A stretch of DNA of 64,000 nt from an uncultured Neomegalonema sp. Lineage in GTDB: Bacteria > Pseudomonadota > Alphaproteobacteria > Rhodobacterales > Rhodobacteraceae. The stretch spans positions 1 to 64,000 of the forward strand of contig CALDSD010000093.1 of NCBI GenBank assembly GCA_937911325.1, given 5' to 3'. The position numbers were made by a program, and so were the translations under genes. This document shows, in pieces, positions 10,861-19,992 of the stretch (position 1 is its first letter; every line of letters begins with the position of its first letter). Below the pieces are notes generated by a model. It ran no database searches, was not told the origin of the DNA, and was given only the letters and a program-made list of their open reading frames with translations.

Positions 10861-10969
10861 GCTCAAGCCTCCTTTTCCAACATGTTGTGGTTGGGGCTTG
10901 ACGTGAATCGCGCTTTGAATCAGTGTCGTGACGCGGTTCCGCTCCAGCCCCAACCGGCTGGTTCATCTA

Positions 10970-10999
10970 GGTGCTGAGGTGGTTGCACACCTCAGCACC
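10970..10999. other. perfect 12-bp-stem hairpin in subterminal IS region
   Basis: GGTGCTGAGGTG-gttgca-CACCTCAGCACC. No flanking U-tract on either strand. Confidence 0.4.
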
Positions 11000-11089
11000 G
11001 ACATCTTGATAGCACAGAAGAAGAACACGCGGGAGTCCTAGATTCCCGTGTCCACCAGCCTGCAGACTAGATCTGGTACCTCAGGTCTA

Positions 11090-11112
11090 GGTTTGCAAGG
11101 TATATAATCGCC
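11090..11112. repeat. IS right terminal inverted repeat
   Basis: GGTTTGCAAGGTATATAATCGCC, the exact reverse complement of 8228..8250. Confidence 0.85.
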
Positions 11113-11120
11113 CACTTTTT
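11113..11120. repeat. target-site duplication (right copy)
   Basis: CACTTTTT directly abutting the right IR. Confidence 0.8.
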
Positions 11121-11197
11121 TCACCTTGGGGCGAAGCCGACCGATCGTTACGGTCGACACGACACAGCTGACTGACTTTGAGCGACAGGGGGTCTCA

Positions 11198-11905
11198 TTG
11201 GCGCGGATCGTCATATTAACGGGCGCCGGGATTTCGGCGGAGTCGGGACTTGGAACCTTCCGGGATGAAGACGGACTCTGGACCCAATACGACCTTGAAG
11301 ACGTCGCAACGCCCGAGGGGTTCGCCCGCAATCCCGAGCTCGTGCACGACTTCTACAACGCGCGCCGGCGTGGATTGTTGGAGGCACGGCCAAACGCCGC
11401 GCATCACGCGCTGGCGCGTCTTGAGACGGCGCTGCCTGCGCAGGTTCTGATCGTCACTCAGAACATCGACGATCTGCACGAGCAGGCGGGATCAGAAAAC
11501 CTCATCCATATGCATGGCGAGTTGCTGAGAGCCCATTGCACCGAATGCGGGGGCAGCTTTGAGATGCGCGAAGACCTGTCGCCCGAACGCCCATGCCTGC
11601 AATGCCGCGAGATCGGCGGGATGCGGCCATCGGTGGTGTGGTTCGGGGAAATGCCGCTTGAGATGCCGCGGATCTGGAACGAGATCCGAGACGCCGACCT
11701 GTTTGTGTCAATCGGCACCAGCGGAAACGTCTACCCAGCCGCAGCGTTTGTGCAGGACGCCGGTCGCGCAGGAGTAGCGACGCTCGAGCTGAACCTTGAA
11801 AAAACGTCGAACGACTTCGACGAGTCGCGCCAAGGCCAGGCGAGTGTGATCGTCCCGGCCTGGGTCGATGAGGTGTTAAGAGACCTAGAAGGATCCGAGA
11901 TCTAG
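11198..11905 (+). CDS. cobB: NAD-dependent protein deacylase (Sir2 family)
   Basis: [17 protein letters not shown] and a Cys-rich zinc site. Start proposed at the TTG at 11198 ([11 protein letters not shown]), preceded by AGGGGG with a 6-nt spacer. The annotated upstream TTG at 11126 lies only 6 bp from the IS target duplication. Confidence 0.85.
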   Translation: MARIVILTGAGISAESGLGTFRDEDGLWTQYDLEDVATPEGFARNPELVHDFYNARRRGLLEARPNAAHHALARLETALPAQVLIVTQNIDDLHEQAGSENLIHMHGELLRAHCTECGGSFEMREDLSPERPCLQCREIGGMRPSVVWFGEMPLEMPRIWNEIRDADLFVSIGTSGNVYPAAAFVQDAGRAGVATLELNLEKTSNDFDESRQGQASVIVPAWVDEVLRDLEGSEI

Positions 11906-12192
11906 CTCGCTGGCGCGGCCGCTTTCTCGAGATCGCGCTTCACCTTCAGCGCCCGAGGCGACAGTTCTTCGTCGCGAGCCTTCTTCAGGAAAGCGTCAAG
12001 ACCGCCCCGGTGATCGACGGAGCGCAGGGCGTGCGAGGAGATCCGGAACCGGAAGCTACGGCCTAGCGCGTCGCTGTGAAGCGTCACCTGATTGAGATTG
12101 GGCAACCAGCGCCGACGCGTTCTGTTGTTCGCGTGGCTCACATTGTTGCCGGTTTGAACGCCTTTACCAGTCAGCTCGCAGCGACGGGACAT
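11902..12192 (-). CDS. rpmB: 50S ribosomal protein L28
   Basis: [34 protein letters not shown]... Start at the ATG at 12192 with a GAGGGAAAG RBS. It overlaps the cobB stop by 4 bp (convergent). Confidence 0.9.
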   Translation of the reverse strand: MSRRCELTGKGVQTGNNVSHANNRTRRRWLPNLNQVTLHSDALGRSFRFRISSHALRSVDHRGGLDAFLKKARDEELSPRALKVKRDLEKAAAPAS

Positions 12193-12353
12193 CGTCTTTC
12201 CCTCTCGGATATAGACCCTTGCGGTCTTCACCGCCCGCGCTTTGACGTTCGGAGACGTCAGCGTCGCGGATCTACTCGTCAAAAACCAAGAACCGCTCCG
12301 GCGAGGCCAGGAGCGGCGTGAGATCGGGTAGCTACTCGTCTCTGAGCGTCAGG

Positions 12354-13379
12354 TCAAGATTTCTGTTCAAGGAAAAGCGCCAAAACCGCGTCGGCGGCGG
12401 CCTCCGGCGAAAGTTCGCCTGCCTTCACCCGCCGTTGCAGATCGGGCAACGCGCTCACGACCGCGGGCGACGCGTCGAAGGACGCCGACAATCCCCGCTC
12501 GATCTCATAACGCATCCAGCGAACGTCTTGCTCGGCGCGACGACCATCGCGCCACCCCTCCGCACGTCGCCAGGAGTCAAGCTTGGCGATACGTTGAAGG
12601 ACGTCTTCGAGCCCTGATCCCGTGACGGCCGAGGCAGGAAGAACGGCCGGGACGTCGTCCGGGTCGCCTGGCCGCTTCCGAAACAGACGCAGCGCGTTCG
12701 CGTAGTCTGACGCTGTCGCCTGCGCCGGGCCCGCAAGCTCGCCGTCCGCCTTGTTGACGACGATAAGATCAGCCATCTCCATCACGCCTCGCTTGACCCC
12801 CTGCAACTCGTCGCCGCCCGCCGGCGCGATCAAGAGCAGGAAGACGTCTGTCATATCCGCGACCATGGTCTCCGATTGACCGACCCCGACTGTCTCGACA
12901 ATGACGACGCCGTACCCAGCCGCCTCGCACAGAAGGATGGCCTCGCGCGTTCGCCGCGCGACGCCGCCAAGCGCGCTCTGAGACGGAGACGGGCGGATGA
13001 ACGCGTTCGCGTCCCGGGAGAGCCGCTCCATCCGCGTCTTGTCGCCCAGGATCGATCCGCCGGTTCGCGCCGAGCTTGGGTCGACCGCCAGCACCGCGAC
13101 GCGCTCGCCTTTCTCGATCAGCAACCGCCCGAAACTCTCGATGAAGGTCGACTTCCCGACGCCGGGCGTCCCGGTCAGACCCAGCCGAACGGCGCCGCCA
13201 GCGTGAGGGTACAGTCTTTCCAGCAGTCTCCGAGCGCGCTCCCGGTGCGACGGATTCGTCGACTCAATGAGTGTAATGGCCCGAGAAAGGGCTCTGCGGT
13301 CGCCTTTTCGCAACGCGTTGGCCCAAGCTGAAAGGTCCTGAAACGGCTGTTGATACTCAGCACCTTGCGTTTCACCCAT
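12354..13379 (-). CDS. meaB: methylmalonyl-CoA mutase-associated GTPase MeaB/ArgK
   Basis: P-loop GTPGVGKST and the full-length MeaB pattern. The ATG at 13379 is chosen over the TTG at 13391. Confidence 0.85.
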   Translation of the reverse strand: MGETQGAEYQQPFQDLSAWANALRKGDRRALSRAITLIESTNPSHRERARRLLERLYPHAGGAVRLGLTGTPGVGKSTFIESFGRLLIEKGERVAVLAVDPSSARTGGSILGDKTRMERLSRDANAFIRPSPSQSALGGVARRTREAILLCEAAGYGVVIVETVGVGQSETMVADMTDVFLLLIAPAGGDELQGVKRGVMEMADLIVVNKADGELAGPAQATASDYANALRLFRKRPGDPDDVPAVLPASAVTGSGLEDVLQRIAKLDSWRRAEGWRDGRRAEQDVRWMRYEIERGLSASFDASPAVVSALPDLQRRVKAGELSPEAAADAVLALFLEQKS

Positions 13380-13436
13380 GGTTTGGCCCAAATTGTTGAT
13401 TTACCGGGGACCAGCATATCGGAGCGAGGTTGCGGG

Positions 13437-14252
13437 ATGCGCAATACTTTTTTGGACCAGAAGACCCATCGGAGATCCTGGTTGAAGATTGCAGCCGCGC
13501 TGGTGCTTGCGGCGGGCGTCTCTGCGACAGGCACGCAGGCCGACGTCAAGAAACCTCGCGAGTTGCGCCTCACCTATGACTTTTACATCGCCGGCCTGCC
13601 GATCGCGAAAGCCAAGCTCAACGCGCGGATCGAAGACGGGTTCTACAGCGCCGAAAGCTCCGGCAAGACGACCGGGATCGCAGCGCTTTTCTTCGGCTCC
13701 AAAGTCGAATCGAGCGGCGGCGGCTTGTTGATGCCGACAGAGGCAGACGCCGTCGACGGCATGGCTCCGCAAGTCTTTGAAGCGTACTTCAAGGTCAAGA
13801 AGAAGGACATGACGCTGCGGATCGCCTATGACGGCGACGCGCCGGAGAGCGTTGAGGCCGAGCCGCCTTTCCGAAAAAAGTCATATGAGATCGACCCCAC
13901 CGAACAACATGGCGCGCTGGATCCGATGTCTGCGATCGTCGCCGCTTACCTGCCGGTGAAATCCGCCGCTGCGGTTTGCAACCGGACCATCACGGTCTTC
14001 GACGGCCGCAAGCGCTTTGACGTTCGCTTCGATGGGTTGCTCGAAGAGTACGAGGAAGACGGCGCACGCTATGTCGAGTGCGCCGGAACCTACTTCCGGA
14101 TCGGCGGGTTCAAGAAGAAGCACATGACGCCAGAACGTCGAACCTATCCGTTCAAGATCCGGTTTCGGATGAACAAGGAAGGCGCGCCGCTGCCGGTGCG
14201 CATCTGGGGCGACACTGATTTCGGCACAGCGGTGGCCTTGCTGCGCGACTGA
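13437..14252 (+). CDS. DUF3108 domain-containing secreted protein
   Basis: Signal peptide (MRNTFLDQKTHRRSWLKIAAALVLAAG) and DUF3108-like repeats (YDFYIAGLPIAKAKL...). GGAGCGAGG RBS. Confidence 0.65.
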   Translation: MRNTFLDQKTHRRSWLKIAAALVLAAGVSATGTQADVKKPRELRLTYDFYIAGLPIAKAKLNARIEDGFYSAESSGKTTGIAALFFGSKVESSGGGLLMPTEADAVDGMAPQVFEAYFKVKKKDMTLRIAYDGDAPESVEAEPPFRKKSYEIDPTEQHGALDPMSAIVAAYLPVKSAAAVCNRTITVFDGRKRFDVRFDGLLEEYEEDGARYVECAGTYFRIGGFKKKHMTPERRTYPFKIRFRMNKEGAPLPVRIWGDTDFGTAVALLRD

Positions 14253-14428
14253 GGTCTGAACCTGCGCAACCTGCGGGATTCCGCAGGTTCGCTTTTGCAA
14301 GTCTCTTCCTATCTCTGCCTCTCCCGAGCCGAAGACTTCTTCGAGCCTCGGCGGGCGCGGGTCCAAACCGCCCCGGCGCGGGTCGCTGTGCGTCCCCGTG
14401 TACGAAGGTCGAAGTGGTGGAACGGGAT

Positions 14429-14504
14429 GCGGATATAGCTCAGAGGTTAGAGCATCAGGTTCAGGATCTGACGGACGCGGGTTCGACTCCCGTTATCTGC
14501 TCCA
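14429..14504 (+). tRNA. tRNA, short-variable-arm cloverleaf; hand-folded anticodon CAG (identity uncertain)
   Basis: GCGGATA acceptor with G3:U70, GCTC/GAGC D-stem, TCAGG/TCTGA anticodon stem with loop TTCAGGA, GGTTCGACTCC T-loop, discriminator U then CCA. Confidence 0.6.
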
Positions 14505-14579
14505 TGGATCGTAGCTCAGTGGTAGAGCAACAGATTGCTAATCTGTGAGGCGAAGGTTCGAGTCCTTCCTATCCAGCCA
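14505..14579 (+). tRNA. tRNA, short-variable-arm cloverleaf; hand-folded anticodon GCU (Asn-like body; identity uncertain)
   Basis: U1:A72 acceptor (TGGATCG / CTATCCA, one mismatch), GAGCAAC, ACAGA/TCTGT anticodon stem with loop TTGCTAA, GGTTCGAGTCC T-loop, discriminator G then CCA. It directly abuts the previous tRNA. Confidence 0.55.
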
Positions 14580-15012
14580 GGGCATTCAAACGCCCCCCAG
14601 CCTTTCACGCTGGTCGAAGAAAATGGGTTTCCGAGGTTCGGCGAGGTCTCGCTGAACAACGCCGCGGCGCCTATCCCAAAGGTGAAAACCAGCGGGTGAC
14701 GCGCCAAGGCCGAGGACGGCGAGGCCGCGCGCTGCGCGCCTCGTGCGTTGGATGATGACGAAGGCGACCATCGGTCAGGTTGAGGCGCTCGCGCCGAGAT
14801 CCCGCCGAGGGTCCCCGACGCCCGCTCTTCGGCGCCCGCTCTCAGGGCGTCAAAGCCGAACCTCGGAGCTCTTCGAATGAAGTTTCAAAGATCGCCGGTC
14901 CAAACGGCGAGATCCGGACGCGGGCGCCGCCCAACTCCGACCCGACGCAACCAGATGGAGACAACCTCAGTCATGCCAAACGCGCCTTGAGCGAACACGC
15001 AAGACGAACTGA

Positions 15013-16182
15013 ATGGATGAAGCGATGACACAGACACGATTTTGGGACGCCGTCTTCGGCGTTCGCCGCATCACATTGACCGAGAACCAGCGCGCCCTCG
15101 CGCTGAAGCAGGGTCGCTTCATGAGCATCCTGGGTCCCGGCGAACACTCTTTCGCCGACCCGCGGGGCCGGATCACGTTTGAGATACACGATCTCAATCG
15201 GCCGGAGTTCGTTTCTGCGTACGAGCGGGCGTTGCTGCGCGAGCGGCCGGATCTGGCCGAGCGCCACCTGACGATCGCAGAGACCGGCGTCGAAGAGATC
15301 GGCCTGGTCGAGCGTGAGGGCCGACTGTTCGGCATCCTCAAGCCGGAGGGTCGTTCCGTGTTCTGGACCGACGCGGGTCCGTGGAAGATCGAGCGCGTCA
15401 ACGTCGGCGAGGCCCTTGAGGTCGCCCCGACGCTGCAGCGGCGTCTCGAGCGCTTTGGCCAGATGGACAAGGTGATCCGCTTCCACGTGCAGGCGGAGCA
15501 GGCAGGTCTTCTGTTCGTCGACGGCGCCTACCAGCGCACGCTGCCGGCCGGCGCGCACATGTTCTGGAACGTGGGCCGCAAGGTCGAGGTGAAGATCGTC
15601 GATCTTCGTCGGCGTTCGCTGGACGTGACCGGTCAGGAGATCCTGACCCGCGACCGCGTGTCGATCCGGGTCAACCTCGCGGCCGAGTACCGCGTGGCGG
15701 ATCCGGTGACGGCGGTGACGGAGGTGACCGACTTCGCCGACGCGCTGTACCGTGCGGTGCAGTATGCGTTCCGCAAGACGCTGGGCGCGATGACGCTCGA
15801 CGAGATCCTCGAGAAGAAGGTCTCCGTCGACGCCGAGGCGGCCGAGCGGGTGCGCGCGGACATGGCGGAGATCGGCCTGCAGGTCGGTGAGATCGCGTTG
15901 AAGGACGTGGTCCTGCCGGGCGAGATGCGGGAGATCCTGAACCAGGTGGTGGCGGCGGAGAAGGAGGCTCAGGCCAATGTCATCCGCCGGCGCGAGGAGA
16001 CAGCGGCGACGCGGTCTCTTCTGAACACCGCCAAGGTGATGGACGAGAACCCGACGATGCTGCGCCTGAAGGAGCTCGAGGCGCTGGAGACGATCTCCGG
16101 CAACGTCGAGAGCCTGGTCGTGCACAACGGCCCGCGCGGCCTGCTGAACGACATCGTTCAGCTCTCCGAGCGGAAGGAGTAG
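15013..16182 (+). CDS. SPFH/band-7 (slipin/stomatin-like) domain protein
   Basis: 389 aa with an SPFH-like core (RVNLAAEYRVADP...) and a C-terminal coiled-coil region (EKEAQANVIRRREE). Confidence 0.65.
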   Translation: MDEAMTQTRFWDAVFGVRRITLTENQRALALKQGRFMSILGPGEHSFADPRGRITFEIHDLNRPEFVSAYERALLRERPDLAERHLTIAETGVEEIGLVEREGRLFGILKPEGRSVFWTDAGPWKIERVNVGEALEVAPTLQRRLERFGQMDKVIRFHVQAEQAGLLFVDGAYQRTLPAGAHMFWNVGRKVEVKIVDLRRRSLDVTGQEILTRDRVSIRVNLAAEYRVADPVTAVTEVTDFADALYRAVQYAFRKTLGAMTLDEILEKKVSVDAEAAERVRADMAEIGLQVGEIALKDVVLPGEMREILNQVVAAEKEAQANVIRRREETAATRSLLNTAKVMDENPTMLRLKELEALETISGNVESLVVHNGPRGLLNDIVQLSERKE

Positions 16183-16243
16183 CCGCCAGATCGGCTGTCC
16201 CTAGAAACGGGGCGATCCGGGAAACCGGGTCGCCCTTTTCAGT

Positions 16244-17236
16244 TCACAGGTAGGTCGCGGCGTCTGCAGCGGGGCTCGGATACCGCCGAACGTCGTGGTC
16301 GCCCGCAGCGGCCTCCGGTTCAGGGATCGGCCCGCCAAGCTGGCGCACGGCTGCGTCGAGATAGCCGATATGGTAGCGGTCGCCATCCTTCTCGAACCGC
16401 GCCGGCAAGCCGGACCAGGGCAGGTTTGGATCGCGGTGATGAACCTCATGCATGTTGAAATTCAGAAAGGCCCGCTCGATCAGACGCGGGAGGCGCAGAT
16501 TGTAGCCCGCCTTAACGTCCTCGAGCGTGTTGCCATAGTGATAGGCGTTGTCGAAGAACGAGATCATGAAACCGCGGCCCCATAACGCCAACGCCAGCAT
16601 CCACCAGTGCTGGCCATAGAGCCAGAAGCTCGACCCGAACAATACCAAAACCAACAGGCCGTCGATCCGCATGATCGTGCGGCCGGGCTCCTGGTTGAGC
16701 TGGCGCTCGGCGGCGCGCATCATCGTTCGCCCATCCGGCGCTTCGTCACCAAAGGTCAGGAACACGAGCCAGCGGTAATAGCGTTTGGGCAGTTGCGCGA
16801 ATGCGCTGGCCATCAGCTCAAAGAAGTAGAGCCCGCCCAAGAGGTTGAAAAAGTACCAGACGCGTTCGCGCAGGCTCGGCTTTGGCAGGACCTTATGTAC
16901 GTCCGCACAGTTGAGCGGCGTCCGGTTGAACCGGTGATGCATGAGGTGACCCAACCGCAGGAGCTGGAACGGCGAGCCAAACAGAATGCACAGGAACCGA
17001 CCGACTCGGTCGCTCCAACGCTTATTCGGCAGAAGATGACCATGGATCGCCTCGTGGATCAGCGACCAGAAAGTGGTCGTGGTCAGAACGATCAGCGCCA
17101 GCAACAGTCCCCAGCCCGGATCAAGCGGGAGCAGATATAGCGGCAAGATGAGAAACTGCAGTACGTTCGCCGCGATCACGACCGCAACGATCAACACATT
17201 CGCACGAACAGGTATCGGCCCAGAGAGGTTTGACAT
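16244..17236 (-). CDS. membrane fatty acid desaturase family protein
   Basis: Multiple TM segments and three His boxes (HEAIHGH, HLMHH, HEVHH). Confidence 0.8.
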   Translation of the reverse strand: MSNLSGPIPVRANVLIVAVVIAANVLQFLILPLYLLPLDPGWGLLLALIVLTTTTFWSLIHEAIHGHLLPNKRWSDRVGRFLCILFGSPFQLLRLGHLMHHRFNRTPLNCADVHKVLPKPSLRERVWYFFNLLGGLYFFELMASAFAQLPKRYYRWLVFLTFGDEAPDGRTMMRAAERQLNQEPGRTIMRIDGLLVLVLFGSSFWLYGQHWWMLALALWGRGFMISFFDNAYHYGNTLEDVKAGYNLRLPRLIERAFLNFNMHEVHHRDPNLPWSGLPARFEKDGDRYHIGYLDAAVRQLGGPIPEPEAAAGDHDVRRYPSPAADAATYL

Positions 17237-17320
17237 TCAGGGCGGCCCCAAACGTTCTCACAATAGACGAACCCAATATACCGCAAATTTGTTTAGGCTC
17301 AAACGAGATGGGCGCGCGGC

Positions 17321-19627
17321 TCAGGCGGACCGCTCGATCCCCGCAAGCGCCGCGACGTTCAAAAGTCCCCGCGCCGTCACCGAGGGCGTTACAATGTAGG
17401 CGCAATCTTCAAACCCCATCAGGATCGGGCCGACCTGCAAGCCGCCGGCGAGGGTTTTGAGCGCGTTCTTTGTCGCGCTGGCGGCGTCCGCCGACGGCAT
17501 GATCAGCAGATTCGCCGGACCGTGCAGCCGCGACTCGGGGAACAGGCGCGCACGAACGTCAGGGGCCACTGCCGCATCGACATGCATTTCGCCGTCAAAC
17601 TCAAAGTCGGCCCCGCTGGTCTCAAGCAGCTTCGCCGCCAAACGCATCTTCAGCGCCGCCGGCGTCTGCAGCTCGCCGAAGTTCGAGTGACTGATCAGCG
17701 CCGCCTTCGGCTCGATGCCAAACCCGCGTATATTGGCTGCGGCCGCCTTTGAGATCTCGACGATCTGATCCGCTGACGGATCGTGGTGCACGTGACTGTC
17801 CGCGATGAAGATCGGCCCCTCATCGAGGATGAGTATCGACAATGCGCCCACCGCGCGGCGCAGACCAGCCTCTCCCAGAACGGCTTCGATGTAGCGCAGA
17901 TGCCAACCGTACTGCCCAAAGGCGCCGCAGATCATCGCGTCCGCTTCCTTGCGGTGAACCATCACCGCCGCGATCGCGGTCGAGTTGGTCCGGATGATCG
18001 CGCGGGCGAGATCCGGGCTGACGCCATCGCGCGCCAAAAGCTCGTGATAGGTCTTCCAGTAATCGGGGTAGCGCGGATCGTCTTCGGGGTTGCAGACCTC
18101 GAAATCCGTCTCCGGTCGGATCTTCAGCCCAAGCTGTTGGCAACGCCGCTCGATCACGCGCGGACGACCGATTAGAACCGGCGCATCGGCGCCTTCTTCA
18201 AGGATCGCATTGGCCGCCTGCAGCACACGACTGTCTTCTCCCTCGGCAAAGACGATGCGGCGGGTCGACTGACGCGCCTGTTCGAAGATCGGCTTCATCA
18301 AGAAGCCCGAGCGGTAGACGAAGCGGTTCAAACGATCGCGGTAAGCGGCGACGTCGTCGAGCGGGCGCGCGGCGACCCCGCTTTTCATCGCGGCGTTCGC
18401 CACGGCGCAGGATACCTGCGACAGCAGACGCGGATCGAACGGCTTGGGGATCAGATAGTCCCTGCCAAAGACCAACCGTTCGCCCGAATAGGCCCGCGCC
18501 GCCTCCGCCGAGACCGGCTCACGCGCGAGCTCCGCCAGCGCCTCGACACAGGCGATCTGCATGGCGTCGTTGATCTGCGTGGCCCCGACATCCAGAGCGC
18601 CCCGAAAGATGAACGGGAAGCACAGCACGTTGTTGACCTGGTTGGGATAGTCCGAACGGCCGGTGGCGATGATCGCATCGGGGCGCGCAGCCGCCGCCTC
18701 TTCCGGCGAGATCTCCGGGTTCGGGTTGGCGAGCGCCAGAACCACCGGGTTCTCGGCCATCCGCTTGAGCATGTCGACCTTGAGCACGCCCGCGCCCGAG
18801 AGACCCAGGAACAGATCCGCGCCGTCGATCACCTGATCCAGCGTCCGCAGATCCGTCGCCTGCGCGTACTCGGCCTTTTGCGGCGTCATCTCGTCCTGGC
18901 GGCCTTGATAGACCAGCCCAGCGATATCGCAGAGCCAGACATTCTCGCGCTTGACCCCAAGCTTGAGCAGCATGTTCAGGCACGCAATGCCCGCCGCCCC
19001 GCCGCCGGTCGAGACGACCTTGATGTCCTCGAAACTTTTGCCTGCGACGTGCAGCGCGTTCTTCGCTGCTGCGGCCACCACGATCGCCGTCCCGTGCTGA
19101 TCGTCATGGAAGACGGGGATCTTCATTGTCTTCTGGCAGAGCTGTTCGACCTCGAAACAGTCCGGCGCCTTGATGTCCTCCAGGTTCACCGCGCCGAATG
19201 TCGGCTCGAGCGCGCGGACGATCTCGGCCAGCCGCGCCGGATCGCTCTCATCCACCTCGATGTCGAAACAGTCGATATTGGCGAACTTCTTAAAGAGGAC
19301 CGCCTTGCCCTCCATGATCGGTTTCGAGGCGAGCCCCCCGATGTTGCCCAGACCCAGCGCCGCCGAGCCGTTGGAGATCACCGCGACAAGATTGGCTTTG
19401 GCGGTGTAGCGCGCCGCGAGGGCGGGATTGTCTTTGATCTCGAGGCACGCCTCGGCGACGCCTGGGCTGTAGGCGAGCGCGAGGTCACGTTGGTTCGAGA
19501 GCGCCTTGGTGGCGCGGATCTCAAGCTTACCGGGGCGGGGATGCTCGTGGTAATCGAGGGCGCGCTGGCGGAACAGTTCCGCGTCGGACTTCTCCTGCGC
19601 GCCGCTTTCAATTGGATTGTCCGGCAT
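17321..19627 (-). CDS. maeB: NADP-dependent malic enzyme (malic enzyme + phosphotransacetylase-like domain)
   Basis: About 768 aa with the MaeB two-domain architecture. ATG at 19627 (MPDNPIES) with a GGGAGA RBS. Confidence 0.9.
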   Translation of the reverse strand: MPDNPIESGAQEKSDAELFRQRALDYHEHPRPGKLEIRATKALSNQRDLALAYSPGVAEACLEIKDNPALAARYTAKANLVAVISNGSAALGLGNIGGLASKPIMEGKAVLFKKFANIDCFDIEVDESDPARLAEIVRALEPTFGAVNLEDIKAPDCFEVEQLCQKTMKIPVFHDDQHGTAIVVAAAAKNALHVAGKSFEDIKVVSTGGGAAGIACLNMLLKLGVKRENVWLCDIAGLVYQGRQDEMTPQKAEYAQATDLRTLDQVIDGADLFLGLSGAGVLKVDMLKRMAENPVVLALANPNPEISPEEAAAARPDAIIATGRSDYPNQVNNVLCFPFIFRGALDVGATQINDAMQIACVEALAELAREPVSAEAARAYSGERLVFGRDYLIPKPFDPRLLSQVSCAVANAAMKSGVAARPLDDVAAYRDRLNRFVYRSGFLMKPIFEQARQSTRRIVFAEGEDSRVLQAANAILEEGADAPVLIGRPRVIERRCQQLGLKIRPETDFEVCNPEDDPRYPDYWKTYHELLARDGVSPDLARAIIRTNSTAIAAVMVHRKEADAMICGAFGQYGWHLRYIEAVLGEAGLRRAVGALSILILDEGPIFIADSHVHHDPSADQIVEISKAAAANIRGFGIEPKAALISHSNFGELQTPAALKMRLAAKLLETSGADFEFDGEMHVDAAVAPDVRARLFPESRLHGPANLLIMPSADAASATKNALKTLAGGLQVGPILMGFEDCAYIVTPSVTARGLLNVAALAGIERSA

Positions 19628-19860
19628 CCCTGCGTCTCCCACACCCTAAGTCTTGTCGCGCATACGCGTTTGATTTCTGCACCTTAGACGGCGAAATCGC
19701 CCACGTCTCTCACGCGTTGATGACGGTCCTGTCGGAACCGATCACGCCCGAGCTGACCCTAGAGTGATCCCCCGTGATTTGCGACCGGATGTCGCACACC
19801 CAATCTCATCCGCATGGACGGCCCCGCTGTCTGGGGCCGCGGATGAATGGGAGTTCCACA

Positions 19861-19980
19861 ATGAAGTTCGTATTCCTTGGCACCGCCGCTGCAATCCTGG
19901 CGCTGACCTTCACCGCCTACACGGTCGAGCCGCACACCACCGAGGTGATGATGGCCCATGCGGGCGCGTTCATTCAGTAG
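19861..19980 (+). CDS. small secreted/membrane peptide (39 aa)
   Basis: GGGAG RBS 7 nt upstream; MKFVFLGTAAAILALTFTAYTVEPHTTEVMMAHAGAFIQ. Confidence 0.35.
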   Translation: MKFVFLGTAAAILALTFTAYTVEPHTTEVMMAHAGAFIQ

Positions 19981-19992
19981 GCGGATGACCCG

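Larger units (their letters stand above)
8228..11112. mobile_element. IS1595-family insertion element (2885 bp) carrying passenger genes
   Basis: Perfect 23-bp terminal inverted repeats GGCGATTATATACCTTGCAAACC at 8228..8250 and 11090..11112. An 8-bp direct repeat CACTTTTT flanks it immediately outside both ends. It contains a DDE_Tnp_IS1595 transposase. Confidence 0.85.
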
